Counted from the first letter of the stretch, positions 1 through 13,121 are shown. The stretch is DNA of 64,000 nucleotides from Lytechinus pictus (GCF_037042905.1 NC_087245.1:6698001-6762000), one strand, 5' to 3'. Notes: a model not told the origin generated them from the letters alone. Numbers and translations: made by a program.

Positions 1-564
1 ACTTTGAAAACCTATACTATCTTTTACTGAAAATTTTCATAAAATTCACCAAGTGTGCACGAAATCCTTAAATTTCACTCTATAAAATGCACAAACGCCC
101 TAATACCAAGCTCCGTCACTTCGTTCCCTCGCTAGGCTTACTTTCGAGTTTTCTTGAAAATTTTTACACATCCCCCCGGCTACTCACCCCAGCAATGAAA
201 AAAAAATCTGCGTACGGCCTCTGGAGCACACCCACCGGGTTGGGATGCTGTGGAGTGTGGTTTGATGAAGAAATTTGTTTCATAACTTGAATTTATGCCA
301 ATATGTAGTTCTACCTCAAATGAATTACTCATCAATGGCATTCGAATACCAATCTATTGAAAACCGTCAAAGTGTCCTGAGAGATCCAGTCCGGGGTGGG
401 GGGGGGGGGGGCGGGGTGTCGCCGGTATTTTTGTTCCATATAGACCTCTATTCACCTGTATTTAAATGTAGCATATGAAAAGGAACATTTTACTCACGTT
501 CACTCCCTATCGAATAGGCCTACTAAGAATTTGATATAATCTCTCTCTCTCAACTTTCTTTCAG

Positions 565-2883
565 ACGTACACTGATTGCGCATGCGCAGTATTAGTTTCT
601 GGTGGTTTCTCATCATCGGTAATAACTGGAAAGTGTAAGAGTGGTTGTTTCATCCTTCCTATCTTCGTAGCTCTTTTTATTCTAATTCTAGTGGTTTTGT
701 TTATGCCAATGGTTCCAGCAACAAACGTCACGTTAAGGTGAGATTTACAAAGTTTTTATTAATGGAATAAAGATAGGGGAGGGGCAACACTGCATAAGAA
801 CCACAGCAGATCGTATAACAGTGCATTGTCACTTTGAATATTATAATAAGAAGGGAGAGCGCTCATCTATTGAGAAGTAAGACAGATGTAATAATCGACA
901 TATTGTAGTGAGAAATAAAACATACCTAATAATTGACATATCATAGTAGGAATATTTGATTTTATAGCAGAATTTACTTTCATTTCTTCTGTCATTTTTC
1001 TCATATGGTATAGATGTGTTCCTGAATCACAGAGACCAATGGCACTGGGTGTTCAGTCTATGATAGTCAGATGCTTAGGTGAGTATCATTTTAATGACTT
1101 TGAATTGAAGTAAACATTTCTTTGCCATTTCCAGAGAAATTTACTGAAACTTAAACACATGTTAAGTTTTCTGTATGTATTCAGATATCCTAATGTAAGA
1201 GTCTGACTGATAATCCCGCCCCCCCCCCCCACTCAGTGTTATTTAGGGTAAGCCTAGTGCTCGTTTCTTCCCTTTGAAAGCACCCCCCTATCGAAGGTCT
1301 GCCAAAATTTCTGAACCCCCTTTCGAGGGCTCTTCGCGGGCTTTTTCTGCCTTAGAGACACCCTTAAATCCGAAACACTGCTCAATGTACCACCCCCTAT
1401 CTCTGGTGAGCTCTCATTGCAACAAAAGATCCGTACTTTACTTTTTCAAAATGAAATAATCCTGAATGAGCTTTCAAAACTAGCAGGAATTTCAGGAATT
1501 TTATCCCGGGATTTGATCAATTTTTCTATGTTATTCAAGATATTTTATAACCCCCTTTTAAAATTTCTCAGGAGTCCAAAGAGAGAGATAAAAAACACCC
1601 CCTTTTTAAAGAAATATCCGGGTGAAAATACAAAAACACCCCCTTTTTTACAATTCGCAGGCCGGACTTGTCCCGCGAAAAAGTACCCCTTTACCGGACA
1701 TTTTGGGAACACGCATGCGGTCCTTCCGACCCCGGAGTGGGGGGGGGGGGGCGGGCTGATAATACCACTAATGAATTTCCAGTAATCCTTTCCATTTTGT
1801 CTCTCCTGCAAAGCAGAGCGAGACTATAGGCGCCGCTTTTCCGACGGCGGCGGCAATGGCGTCAACGTTAAGTTTTTTAAATGTCATCGTAACCCTAAAA
1901 AGTATATGGGCCTATTAAAGTTCATGAAACTTGAACATAAGGATTGTCCTGCCTGAGTTTCATGTCACATGACCAAGGTCTAAGGTCATTTAGGGCCAAT
2001 GAACTTAGATTATGTTGGGGAATCAAAACCATAATGTTAAGTTTTTTTAATATCATTATCTAGTTCATGAAACTTGGACATAAGAGTAATCAAGAATCAG
2101 TGAACATCCAGTGTGATTTTCGGGTCACATGACCAAGGTCAATGAACTTTGGCCGTGATGGTTTTTTTTTTGAATTGCCATCATAACCTGCACAAGTCAT
2201 TGGTCACACGAATAAGGGTAAGTGAACATACTATGTTCTCGTCATATGAATGGTGTTTTCGTTTTCAAAGTCAGCACTGCTGCTATATTGAATCGCGTAA
2301 TGCACGCGAGACTGCCAGAGGTGCTCCACTTGTTTAATTCATATATTCGATTGTGAAGATTATAGAAATTATCAAATTTATGCGTAATATTAGTATCATT
2401 ATTACTATTGAATTTTTATTATTATCATTATTAGTACTATTATTACTATTATCATTAGTAGTATAGTAGTACTAGTAGTAGTAGTAGTAGTAGTATCTAA
2501 TGCAGTGCAACTTCTTACAACTATACTCACGTTTATTAACTTGAAGAATTATTGGTCTTCTCGAAAATTATTAATTTTTATTCCGCCACGATCATCTTCC
2601 CCCTTTGTCTCGATCACTCTCCTCATATACAGGCTCCATTCCAGGCCCTATCCTATTTGGAATAATCATCGACAGCACATGCTTGCAATGGCAGGAAACA
2701 TGCAGTGGTCACGGATCATGTTGGCTTTATGATAATAAAAGCTTTGCTTCGAGACTAGCTATTATATCTTGTGCGCTTAAAGTGATGTGTGGATTCCTAT
2801 ATGCCTTGGCTTTGTTCAGTTATAAGCCAGCAACGCAGTCTCAAGTCAATCAAAAAGACAATGATCGTTCACATGTTTCGTAG
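565..2883 (+). CDS. SLCO: SLCO/OATP transporter paralog A, 3' part only (exons 565-737, 1014-1078, 2633-2883); the 5' part lies upstream of the window
   Basis: Phase-consistent GT-AG exons give TYTDCAC..GKCKSGC..PATNVTLR|CVPESQRPMALGVQSMIVRCLG|SIPGPILFGIIIDSTCLQWQETCSGHGSCWLYDN..., the OATP TM10-TM12 signature; stop TAG at 2881-2883. Confidence 0.92.
1215..1755. mobile_element. Non-autonomous DNA transposon (MITE) with CCCG...CGGG termini
   Basis: TIR cccgcc(c)nactc / gagtg(g)ngcggg; 8-bp TSD CTGATAAT at 1207-1214 and 1756-1763; in an intron of paralog A. Confidence 0.75.
1795..2333 (+). mobile_element. Helentron/DINE-like non-autonomous element, short copy
   Basis: Same 5' end (ttttgtctc.cctgc..agcagag.gagactataggcgccgc) and 3' end (gagac.gccagagg...ccacttgt) as the copies at 18763 and 27666, with 2-3 degenerate internal repeat units. 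Confidence 0.65.
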
Positions 2884-3669
2884 CTGAAAGCTGAAATTAT
2901 ATATTTGTAACGTCTATAAATAACATTTTTCTGTTTTCACATATTTATTCACACCTTCATAATTTTATCTCTGAGAGAGGATTGGAAAAAAAATCAATAT
3001 TGATTCGTTATGATTATTTAATCCCCCATCCCTCCTCTCCTTTGGAACAATAATTCAAACCAAACTTCTACTTTTTATTATATCTTGATCATGCTTACAC
3101 TTGACTTATCAATACAATACAATATTGTCACTGCCTGGTAATTTGTATATATATATTTTATCTCCAGGGATTGCATCTCAAAGCTCTTTGAGTCTTGTGG
3201 AAAAGGCGCTTTAGGAATTTGAACTATTATCATATAAACCTTTATATTGTGGCTTGCCCATTGCTGATATAGGATACGTCTGTGTGCTAAAAGCTTATTA
3301 TCAGTGTCATCATTTTCAAATGGAAATTCTGAAAAAAATATATATTAATGTAACATGGGAACATCTTTCCCAAATAGATTTATCCCGATACCATGGTAAA
3401 TATGATACCTTCGATCTGGTTTTAACATAAACATATTTCAGTCTAGAACTTTTATATATTTTTATTTTCCAATAAATAATCTTGTGGAAGGGAGAGAAAA
3501 GAGTGGACATAATGTACGATTGGATTGTAAATGTGAATCTTATTTTTGTGGAATTGATTAAATGCAGTCTTAAATATATCTGTAAAGCGCCTAGAGACGA
3601 CGTTCTCATGTATTAAGCGCTATACAAAAGCGTGTTATTATACTATTATTATTGATAATGGTAAATGGT

Positions 3670-3820
3670 GGTGATTACCTGATTGCTAAGAAAACATGAA
3701 TGCTTGTAAGCAAGCAACCAGAGGACCGACGGCTGGTAATGAGGATAAATGCCTTACCAAAGGACCCTAGCGCACCTATAGTGGGAATCAAACCTGGGTC
3801 ACCGGAATCCGAAACCCCCG
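3670..3820 (-). mobile_element. Probable tRNA-derived SINE fragment
   Basis: The minus strand has a B-box-like ggtttgattccc followed by SINE-like body sequence (gtcctttggtaaggcatttatcctc); att-repeat tails lie nearby. Confidence 0.4.
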
Positions 3821-4011
3821 CTATTATTCTTTTTTTTTTCATTATTATAGTTATTATTATTATCATTATTATAATTATCATGAAATCGGCCGAATCATGT
3901 GTACAAGAAAGATTTTTTTCCTTATTGGCTGCTACCCCTCAGTACGACTCTGAATCATATAATGCAATTTTAGACTATATCGATTTGTAATACATGTATT
4001 TTAACTTTGTA

Positions 4012-4230
4012 CACAGTAAAAAATAATTATACAACGCTGTTTACTATATGAACCTTACAGTAATTGTTTAAACAGTTTAAACAAGTGTTTAAATCTTAAG
4101 CAACAAAGTTTAATTTTCAATATCTAATCTTCAAAAAATTAAACATGATTGTTTAAACGGTTAAACAAATACTGTAAGATTCATATAGTAAACAGCGTTG
4201 TATAAAATCTTAAACAGCGTTTTTACTGTG
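4012..4230. mobile_element. Palindromic MITE with CACAGTAAAAA...TTTTTACTGTG termini
   Basis: Long imperfect inverted repeat (acaacgctgtttactatatgaa / ttcatatagtaaacagcgttgt), flanked by TA on both sides. Confidence 0.7.
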
Positions 4231-4855
4231 TATCATAATTTGTTTTATGTAAAGTTTTACTGAGAGAATAAAACAATTTGAATTTGAACAAAATCGATCT
4301 CAGAAGAATCGGAATATTATCTTGTCATAAGTAGTTCAACGATTCATCCAAGCAATTATTATGATCAAACTCTAATTATTATGAATATATTGCTATTACA
4401 CTTTTACTGCTTTTTAGCAACCCCGTGATAAGGGCCCTTCCATGATTTGCTCGATGTGCGAGCCACTGCTTAATTATTGAACAATTAAAAGCAAAAATTA
4501 AGATCAGTATGAAAATGAGGAAACTGCCACCCACTCACTACTGTTAATTTTGTTGTATGGTATTGATAATTCATTTTTCACCTCATTATAATGTGAGATA
4601 AAGTTTGATTCCTCCTGATCACGTGGTATTACCGTTGTTGTAACCTGTTATAGGACCAATTCAACAAAAGTCTCATTGTCTAAAAGTATTTTTATAATTC
4701 ATTCAATAAAATACGAAATAAATGGTGCCGACACTCATTTGCATATCAGCGCATTTCTACTTTTTTCAGCGTTACGATTGTTTGATTTATATTCAATTGA
4801 ACTTTATAGTTGGGTACACTTGGAATTCAAGGCCCGTATTCTTTGATGGTGTAAA

Positions 4856-5262
4856 GGATTCTAGGACATCTATCCCCTGGACATCCACCCCCCGGACATC
4901 TACCACCCGGACATCCACCCCCCGGACATCCACCCCCTTAGGACATCTACCCCCCGGACATCTACCCCCCGAACATTTACCCCCCCGGACATTTATCCCC
5001 CCGGACAAGTACCCCCCGGACATCTACACCCCGGACATCTACCCCCGGACATCTACCCCCCGGACATTTACCCCCCGGACATCTACCCCCCGGACATCTA
5101 CCCCCCGGACATCTACCCCCCAGACATCTACCCCCCGGACATTTACCCCCCCCCCCCAGACAGGCTACCCCCGGGCATCTACTCTATTTTTGGATATTTT
5201 GGATACGGGGGGTAGATGTCCGGGGGGTAGATGTCCGGGGGGTACTTGTCCGGGGGGTAAAT
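4856..5262. repeat. 15-bp tandem array (ggacatctacccccc) with inverted copies; probable foldback/MITE remnant
   Basis: About 20 direct units at 4863-5180 and 3-4 reverse-complement units at 5207-5260; explains the TSTPR-repeat ORFs. Confidence 0.85.
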
Positions 5263-5975
5263 GAAATGCTGACAATCCACCGCCCCCCCCCCCAAAAAAA
5301 AGTCTTCACTACCAATCTTTGGTCGTTTCCTACCCACAAAAAAAAATAGGAGGGGGAGGGGTCTGGGTATAAAAACAATTAGGGGGGTTGAACCCCTGTA
5401 ACCCCCCCCCCCCCTGCGTACGCTGCTGACAGTGGCTTTACGAGACAATTATTTAGGGGCCGGATATAGCATAAAGAGCGAAATTTCATTAAAAAAAATA
5501 TTTTGTATGTTCTTCACTTATTTTACATCATGAACCTGGATAAAGAAAAACTAACAAAAATGAAGTGATATCAAAGAGGGTGGTAAAATAAGCAGGCGAC
5601 ATCCAATGCGCTTGGTTGTGGGAATGGGTTAATTTCAAAATGATAATGCCATGTATGAGATCATCAGCCCACCTTATAAAACTGTTTAAAAAAATAAAGC
5701 TAAATTTAAAAATTCAATATCAGATTTTGATAAAATGTTCAGTGTTTTGATCAGTGGATTTTACTCTATTTATTTTTATATACTTTTCAGCCCAGAGTAC
5801 CCTTTAAATTGAGTGTGTCTTCTCTGATCATAGTGGCCAACTTATTTCACCCAAATTTTTGACGGCGATCGTCCATCGTCAGGGGTTTAAAACTCCTTCA
5901 TTTCTCCTCCTCATTCTTTTCTAAGTGCATTCAGACCCTCTTTAACCCTTAAAAAGGCCCGGGGCGGAATCCGCC

Positions 5976-6180
5976 TAGTCTACAAATGTAGACCCACATC
6001 TGCAGTGTGTGTACCTCAGCTGATTCAACGAGTCTGCATAGCAGACTAGGTCTACTTCGCTCGCCCTTTCAGGCTGGTTTGCTTCGCAAACCAGCAGATC
6101 CCACCCACTGAACTAGAAATACGTATCTCTAGTTCAGTGATCCCACCTCACGAGCCATTCAGAGTCTGCATAGCAGACTA
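5976..6180. mobile_element. 205-bp MITE with TAGTCT...AGACTA termini and 9-bp TSD (Academ/MULE-like)
   Basis: GAATCCGCC duplicated at 5967-5975 and 6181-6189; terminal hairpins gtctac-aaat-gtagac and agtctgc-ata-gcagact. Confidence 0.7.
6106..6139. mobile_element. 34-bp hairpin micro-insertion with 8-bp TSD
   Basis: CACTGAACTAGA-N10-TCTAGTTCAGTG flanked by ATCCCACC at 6098-6105 and 6140-6147. Confidence 0.7.
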
Positions 6181-6266
6181 GAATCCGCCCCTCTTCATTT
6201 TTCACGATAAATCCGCCGCGAGAAATTTCTCAACCGCGCCGCGCGCTGACTTTTTACCTTCAAATC

Positions 6267-9200
6267 TATGAGGCGCCGAATGTACCAATATCATATAGAA
6301 CAATTATTTGTTATATAATCATTATTTATTAAATAATAACTATTATTTATATATAATTTACATTTTATTTGTAAATAACTACTATTATATAAAATATCAT
6401 TTCTAATTATTTATATATAATTCCAAGTAATACTTCATTATTTGTAAATAATAATAGTTCGACATTCCATTATTTATAAATAATGATTATTTGTTTTTCA
6501 TTATTTATAAATAATGATTATTTGTTTTTCATTATTTATAAATAATGATTATTTGTTTTTCATTATTTATAAATAATGATTATTTGTTTTTCATTATTTA
6601 TAAATAATGATTATTTGTTTTTCATTATTTATAAATAATGATTATTTGTTTTTCATTATTTATAAATAATGATTATTTGTTTTTCATTATTTATAAATAA
6701 TTTGTTGAGTTTTCCATTATTTATAAATAATGATTATTTGTTAAATAATGAAAACGTCTACTTCATTATTTATAAATAATTTTTTCGAGTGCACCATTAT
6801 TCTCATTATTTATAAATAATCATTATTTAATGTTCGAGTTTTCCATTATTTATAAATAAAGATTATTTGTTAAATAATGAAATATCTACTTCATTATTTA
6901 TAAATAATAATTTTGTTTCAATATCCCATTATTTATAAATAATCATTATTTATAAACAATTTTTACAGTTTGCCATTATATACAAATAATCATTATTTAT
7001 ATACAAATAACCATTATTTATTAAATAATGCCATTATTTATTAAATAATGCCATTATTTATTAAATAATGCCATTATTTATTAAATAATGAAAACTCGCT
7101 ATAACATGCAAATGTGGGACCGCCCATGATATGAATATTCATGATGCGATTTCCTTTTTCGTGATTTTTCTTCACAAATTTTTGTCCATTTCCTCTTCAT
7201 AATGACATTTCTTGAAGCAATTTTCTAGGGATATGGTCTGATTGTAATATTCTTCATTTTCTATATAACTTCGTCTTCGTAGAAATATCAAAAAGTGTAA
7301 TTTTATACGATTTTTCCTACAGTTCACAATCCCCATAGGCGCGCGTGTACGGTAGGGACAACCGGTGAATCGACGGAGTGCTCTTCATCGAAATACTACG
7401 TTGGTTGGTCCCCGGAAGTGGCGGGCGGAATTTAGCCCGAATCCTCGATGGAAGTCGATCAAGTGCATATGAGCTGAGAGAGTGAAATATCAGTGTACTT
7501 GTACAGGCCCTTCTACTTTTTATAAATATTTCTTGTTGCTTTTTTTGTTAAGTTAATTTTTCCTGGTGTAGAAATAAGTTTCAGTTCTAATAATGCATTT
7601 CAAATACATTTTGGAGTGTCTGTTTGAGGCGTTTGGGGGCGATTTCACCCTGGCCCCAAAATGCTCGCAACCACAATACAGGGGCATGATGACCCCTAAT
7701 TTTTTAAAAACTTATTTTTCTATTGAAAATTATCACAAAATTCACCAAAAGTGTGCACGAAAGCCTTCGTATTTCACTTTTAAAACTCCAAAAAGTGCCC
7801 AAATGACAAGCTTGGTCGCTTCGCTGTGTCGCTTTCAACTTGAGAACGTTTACGCGTCTGCTTCCCCCCCCCCCTCCTCCGAAAGAAATTCTGTATACGG
7901 CCATGCTCTAAAGAGCCTGGCACATTGATTTATGTATACTTCATTTTCATTATTTTTATCTCATTATCATCATGGCCTTACGCAGAATTTTTTCCGGGGG
8001 GGGGGGGTGGGGGGAGCAGGACGCGCGTAAACTTTCTCATAAAAATCTTGAGAAAGCGAAGCGACCAAGCTTGTCTTTTGAGCTTGGTCGCGTCGCTGTC
8101 TCGCTTTCAAGATTTTTTTGAGAAACTTTACGCGCGTCCTAGCTGCCCCCCCCCCCCCCGGTAAAAATTCTGTGTAAGGCCATGATGATAATGTGATAAA
8201 AATAATGAAAATGAAAAGTACATATAAATCAATGTGCCATATGCTCTTTTGAGCATGGCTGTTCACAGAATTTCTTTCGGGGGGTGGGGGCAGACGCGTG
8301 TAAACGTTCTCAAGTTGAAAGCGAGACAGCGAAGCGACAAAGCTTGTCATTTGGGCTTGGTCCCGTGGCTGTCTCGCTTTCAAGATTTTTTTGAGAAAGT
8401 TTACGCGCGTAATATGCTCCGGCCCCGGCCCCCCTGGAAAAAATTCTGCGTAAGGCCATGTTGATAATGAGATAAAAATAATGAAAATGAAAGTATACAT
8501 AAATCAATGTGCCAGGCTCTTTAGAGCATGGCCGTATACAGAATTTCTTTCGGAGGAGGGGGGGGGGGGGGGAGCAGACGCGTAAACGTTCTCAAGTTGA
8601 AAGCGACACAGCGAAGCGACCAAGCTTGTCATTTGGGCACTTTTCGGAGTTTTAAAAGTGAAATACGAAGGCTTTCGTGCACACTTTTGGTGAATTTTGT
8701 GATAATTTTCAATAGAAAAATAAGTTTTTAAAAATTTAGGGGTCATTCGTTGCGAGCATTTTGGGGCCAGGGTGAAATCGCCCCCAAACGCCTCAAACAG
8801 ACACTCCAAAATGTATTTGAAGTGCATTATTAGAACTGAAACTTATCTCTACACCAGGAAAAATTAACTTAACAAAAAAAGCAACAAGAAATATTTATAA
8901 AAAGTAGAAGGGCCTGTACAAGTACACTGATATTTCACTCTCTCAGCTCATATGCACTTGATCGACTTCCATCGAGGATTCGGGCTAAATTCCGCCCGCC
9001 ACTTCCGGGGACCAACCAACGTAGTATTTCGATGAAGAGCACTCCGTCGATTCACCGGTTGTCCCTACCGTACACGCGCGCCTATGGGGATTGTGAACTG
9101 TACTGTAGGAAAAATCGTATAAAATTACACTTTTTGATATTTCTACGAAGACGAAGTTATATAGAAAATGAAGAATATTACAATCAGACCATATCCCTAG

Positions 9201-10140
9201 AAAATTGCTTCAAGAAATGTCATTATGAAGAGGAAATGGACAAAAATTTGTGAAGAAAAATCACGAAAAAGGAAATCGCATCATGAATATTCATATCATG
9301 GGCGGTCCCACATTTGCATGTTATAGCGAGTTTTCCATTATTTAATAAATAATGGCATTATTTAATAAATAATGGCATTATTTAATAAATAATGGTTATT
9401 TGTATATAAATAATGATTATTTGTATATAATGGCAAACTGTAAAAATTGTTTATAAATAATGATTATTTATAAATAATGGGATATTGAAACAAAATTATT
9501 ATTTATAAATAATGAAGTAGATATTTCATTATTTAACAAATAATCTTTATTTATAAATAATGGAAAACTCGAACATTAAATAATGATTATTTATAAATAA
9601 TGAGAATAATGGTGCACTCGAAAAAATTATTTATAAATAATGAAGTAGACGTTTTCATTATTTAACAAATAATCATTATTTATAAATAATGGAAAACTCA
9701 ACAAATTATTTATAAATAATGAAAAACAAATAATCATTATTTATAAATAATGAAAAACAAATAATCATTATTTGTAAATAATGAAAAACAAATAATCATT
9801 ATTTATAAATAATGAAAAACAAATAATCATTATTTATAAATAATGAAAAACAAATAATCATTATTTATAAATAATGAAAAACAAATAATCATTATTTATA
9901 AATAATGAAAAACAAATAATCATTATTTATAAATAATGGAATGTCGAACTATTATTATTTACAAATAAATGAAGTATTACTTGGAATTATATATAAATAA
10001 TTAGAAATGATATTTTATATAATAGTAGTTATTTACAAATAAAATGTAAATTATATATAAATAATAGTTATTATTTAATAAATAATGATTATATAACAAA
10101 TAATTGTTCTATATAATAATGGTACATTCGGCGCCTCATA
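6267..10140. mobile_element. 3.9-kb foldback (giant palindromic) non-autonomous transposon
   Basis: Termini TATGAGGCGCCGAATGTACC / GGTACATTCGGCGCCTCATA; 6-bp TSD CAAATC at 6261-6266 and 10141-10146; arms about 1.8 kb with mirrored ORFs 7593-7928(+) and 8504-8827(-); outer domains made of 31-bp and 20/21-bp tandem units. Confidence 0.9.
6470..7090. repeat. Left outer-domain tandem array of the foldback element
   Basis: 31-bp unit attatttataaataatgattatttgtttttc containing the 18-bp palindrome CATTATTTATAAATAATG, followed by degenerate and ~20-bp units; mirrored at about 9335-9940. Confidence 0.85.
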
Positions 10141-11682
10141 CAAATCTCGCACAACTTTTTAGACCAAATTTGCGATGCCCGGGTACACGATTACGAAATT
10201 ACGCAATATTATGTAAGTGCATGTCAGACTAAAACGTGAATTCATGTACAAATCAAATGCAAATTGTGTACTTAACAAAGTTCATAAATGTATCACTATT
10301 TCTACTTTTAATGATCAAACTTAATTAACTTTGTCTTGTTTATGATCAGAAGTCTGCAACAATTTTCATCGAAAAAACAATAAAAAACAAAAAGTTGAAA
10401 AACAGAAATACATAAGAAAAAAAAACAAACAATGAAATACATAAGAAAAAAATTGCGATACCAATTTTTTTTTTTGAAGTACATTTGATCAGGATCCTAC
10501 GAGTCTGAATACAAAATTAGCAGTTTTGGGGCCGTATGATAGTTGATTAGAGCAAATGTTTTATTTTATGCATAAATTAGCATAATTCATTCATTAAATA
10601 GAAAATCTTTTTTCAAAAAAATTAACCATACAGCCTTGTACATGTAGATTTTATCGCACACTACCACCGTGTAAATTTTCGCGGCGCTCGCGCAATCATC
10701 CCCCCGGGGGTCCAATAACCCAGCTCTTTTATGGTGAAGGTTATATTGCGGGTTTGAAACGGGACCCTGTAACAAATCATCATAACCATCTTTAATCATC
10801 CTCATTATCATCATCACCAATACCACCACCGTCACCAACACCATCACCATTATCATCATTACCACCATCACCATTATCATCACCAGCAGCATTATCTCTT
10901 TATTATTATTAATATCATTATTAATATACTAAGTTCATGTATTAAATATTCGATTATGTTGAAGCAACGTTTCGTGGCTCTGCATTTATGAGGAGTTGCT
11001 GTTGCAATAGATTTACACCAAACTCACAATTACTCCCAGTTACTATATCTTTATTATTTAATTTGAGATCAATCTCAAAATAAGTTTAGTTGACTTGAAT
11101 CTTTCACAACACTGTATGTAAGACGGCACTTGATCTCTTTTAAGTAAAGTCATCTGAAGTGAAAATAATTTTACGGGCCAAGTCCATGAGCATAAATTTA
11201 CTTTGTAATGTATACATAGTGTTGCATGTACTAATAATAGGATTAGTCACATGTCCAAAACATTACCTGGAAACAAAAAAAATCTCACTAAACATCTTTG
11301 TACTATTTTCAAAATTTGAAATGCTTTAATAACAATGTTACAGGACAAGACAATTTGAAACATTCAAAGTACTACAAGTATAATTCACAAGGAAATGAAT
11401 TCAATAGAAAGTTATAAGTCACCACACCATTGAGATATTACATGGAAGTTCCCACGATAATTCAGTAGGTCATCTCCCAGTAAGATCCATACAGTGTAGG
11501 TGTAGTTACTCTGGGAAAATACTTAGCACAATCACAACAAACTACAGTCATTCACGGATTGATAAGTCCAATACATTTAAAACATAATATATGAGAAATT
11601 ATAAAGGCCTCTTACAATTTGTTTCCTATATCATTGCACAAGAGCAAAACAAGCAATCCTTTTAAAAGTTGCATTTAGTCAT

Positions 11683-11852
11683 GGAAGCGTTTCATCAACA
11701 TTTTTGTCAGCCAAGTTGTAAGATCTGACAACTTCCCTTGATTTTGATTGGCTGATGAGAAGCACTGTTACTGTGGTAACTGTCAGATAAAACAGGACTT
11801 GTCAGAAAAAACAAAACAAAACGTCTGACAAGTCCTTTCATGAAACGCTCCC
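11683..11852. mobile_element. Small MITE (ggaagcgtttcat...atgaaacgctccc)
   Basis: Terminal inverted repeat; a related degenerate copy lies at about 17933-18070. Confidence 0.55.
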
Positions 11853-13121
11853 CAGGGCTATAATGTACAAACCAGGCACTGATCAAGAACAGAAATTAGA
11901 CTTATAAAAAGGAACAAAATTGAGGCAAATTGAAATGAGCAATTGGCACTCCTGACTGATCACAGGAGAGGTGAAAATGGAAGAGTTTTGTTGCTTTTAA
12001 AAGAATAGTGGTACTTATCACCAAGAATAAGGGTGTCTTTAAATGAGCTACAGGGCACTATAAGCATCAGATATACAAAAATATTACTTCACAATACGGG
12101 GTACATTACTAAAACAGGTACAGGTAGGCTGGATTGTTCTAATGTACATGTAAGAGAAGAGGTTTTCAGAGGTAAAAATAGAAAGAGGCAATTCATTTGA
12201 ATGTAAAAAGGAAACAGGACTTAGAAAGAGGACACTGCTTTGATGCAATAAAAAGCCTAAATAAGGAAGAATTTGAATAATCCTAGATAAAAAAAGGATC
12301 TTACAACTTGTAAAAATAAAAAAAGAACAATTGTAATCATACTGACATGAATCAGTTAATGTAATCTATTTCTTTAAAAAAGCCTTACAAAAGAATGTGG
12401 CAGGACAGAAATATTTTCATGTTGATGTGCAAAATGAAATGGAGGAAGCATGGTGACTGAACAAGAGTCATTGCATTTTCAATGCAAAATTGAAATAATT
12501 CAAGCATTGCATTCAAAGAGGAATCCATATGACTATCTAAATGTCATTTACTTGGTGATATAAATACAAAAAAATATCTAATTCCTTTCTCGAAAAGGGC
12601 AGACATTTATCCCCCTCCTTGTAAAGTGGAGGGGGATATATCTCCCCTTCCACCATTCCGCAATTTCTCAGACACGATAAATAGACATAAATCAATACTC
12701 TATCCTGGGCCCGTTGCATAAATGTTACTATTACGGCAACTTTGCCATCCAATGGTAACTGATGATCAACAGCCAATCAAAACTGAGGACTCTATACTAT
12801 CAAATAGCAAAGTAGTAATGCAACAGGACCCTGTTCAGATCACAAGCCTTCTATGCTCTCTACCTTGTTGAAAATCACATAGCCTGGATGATAAATAAAC
12901 CCCATGCAGAGTTGATAGTTTACCCTTAAAGAGTTTGGAAGGAGTAGATGAGAGCTGATAAATGTTTAATGGGTCAAGATCCCTGATTCAAATCAATTTC
13001 CCATTCTCCATGTGCCATCAATTCTTCTGAGAACTCTTTTCTCCTCAGTCCTCAATCCGGCTAAATGTACTTACAACATCAAGCTCTATTTAACTATTGT
13101 CAACAGTAGATTGATTTGCTG

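Larger units (their letters stand above)
5942..10720 (+). mobile_element. Older TTAACCC-starting repeat that hosts the nested insertions (host sequence 5942-5975, 6181-6266, 10141-~10720)
   Basis: The sequence is continuous across the TSDs of the inserted elements; the 3' part (cagccttgta...atcgcacactacca) recurs at about 28930-28970. Confidence 0.5.

Noticed and set aside
4722..5264. 180-aa ORF with TSTPR repeats (mucin/extensin-like)
   Set aside because: A by-product of the 15-bp tandem repeat; open frames occur on both strands.
6470..6720. Regular 31-bp palindromic repeats resembling a CRISPR array
   Set aside because: No unique spacers, eukaryotic context and no cas genes.
7593..8827. 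Pair of nearly identical 107-111-aa ORFs on opposite strands
   Set aside because: Mirror images from the foldback arms, with no recognisable domain.
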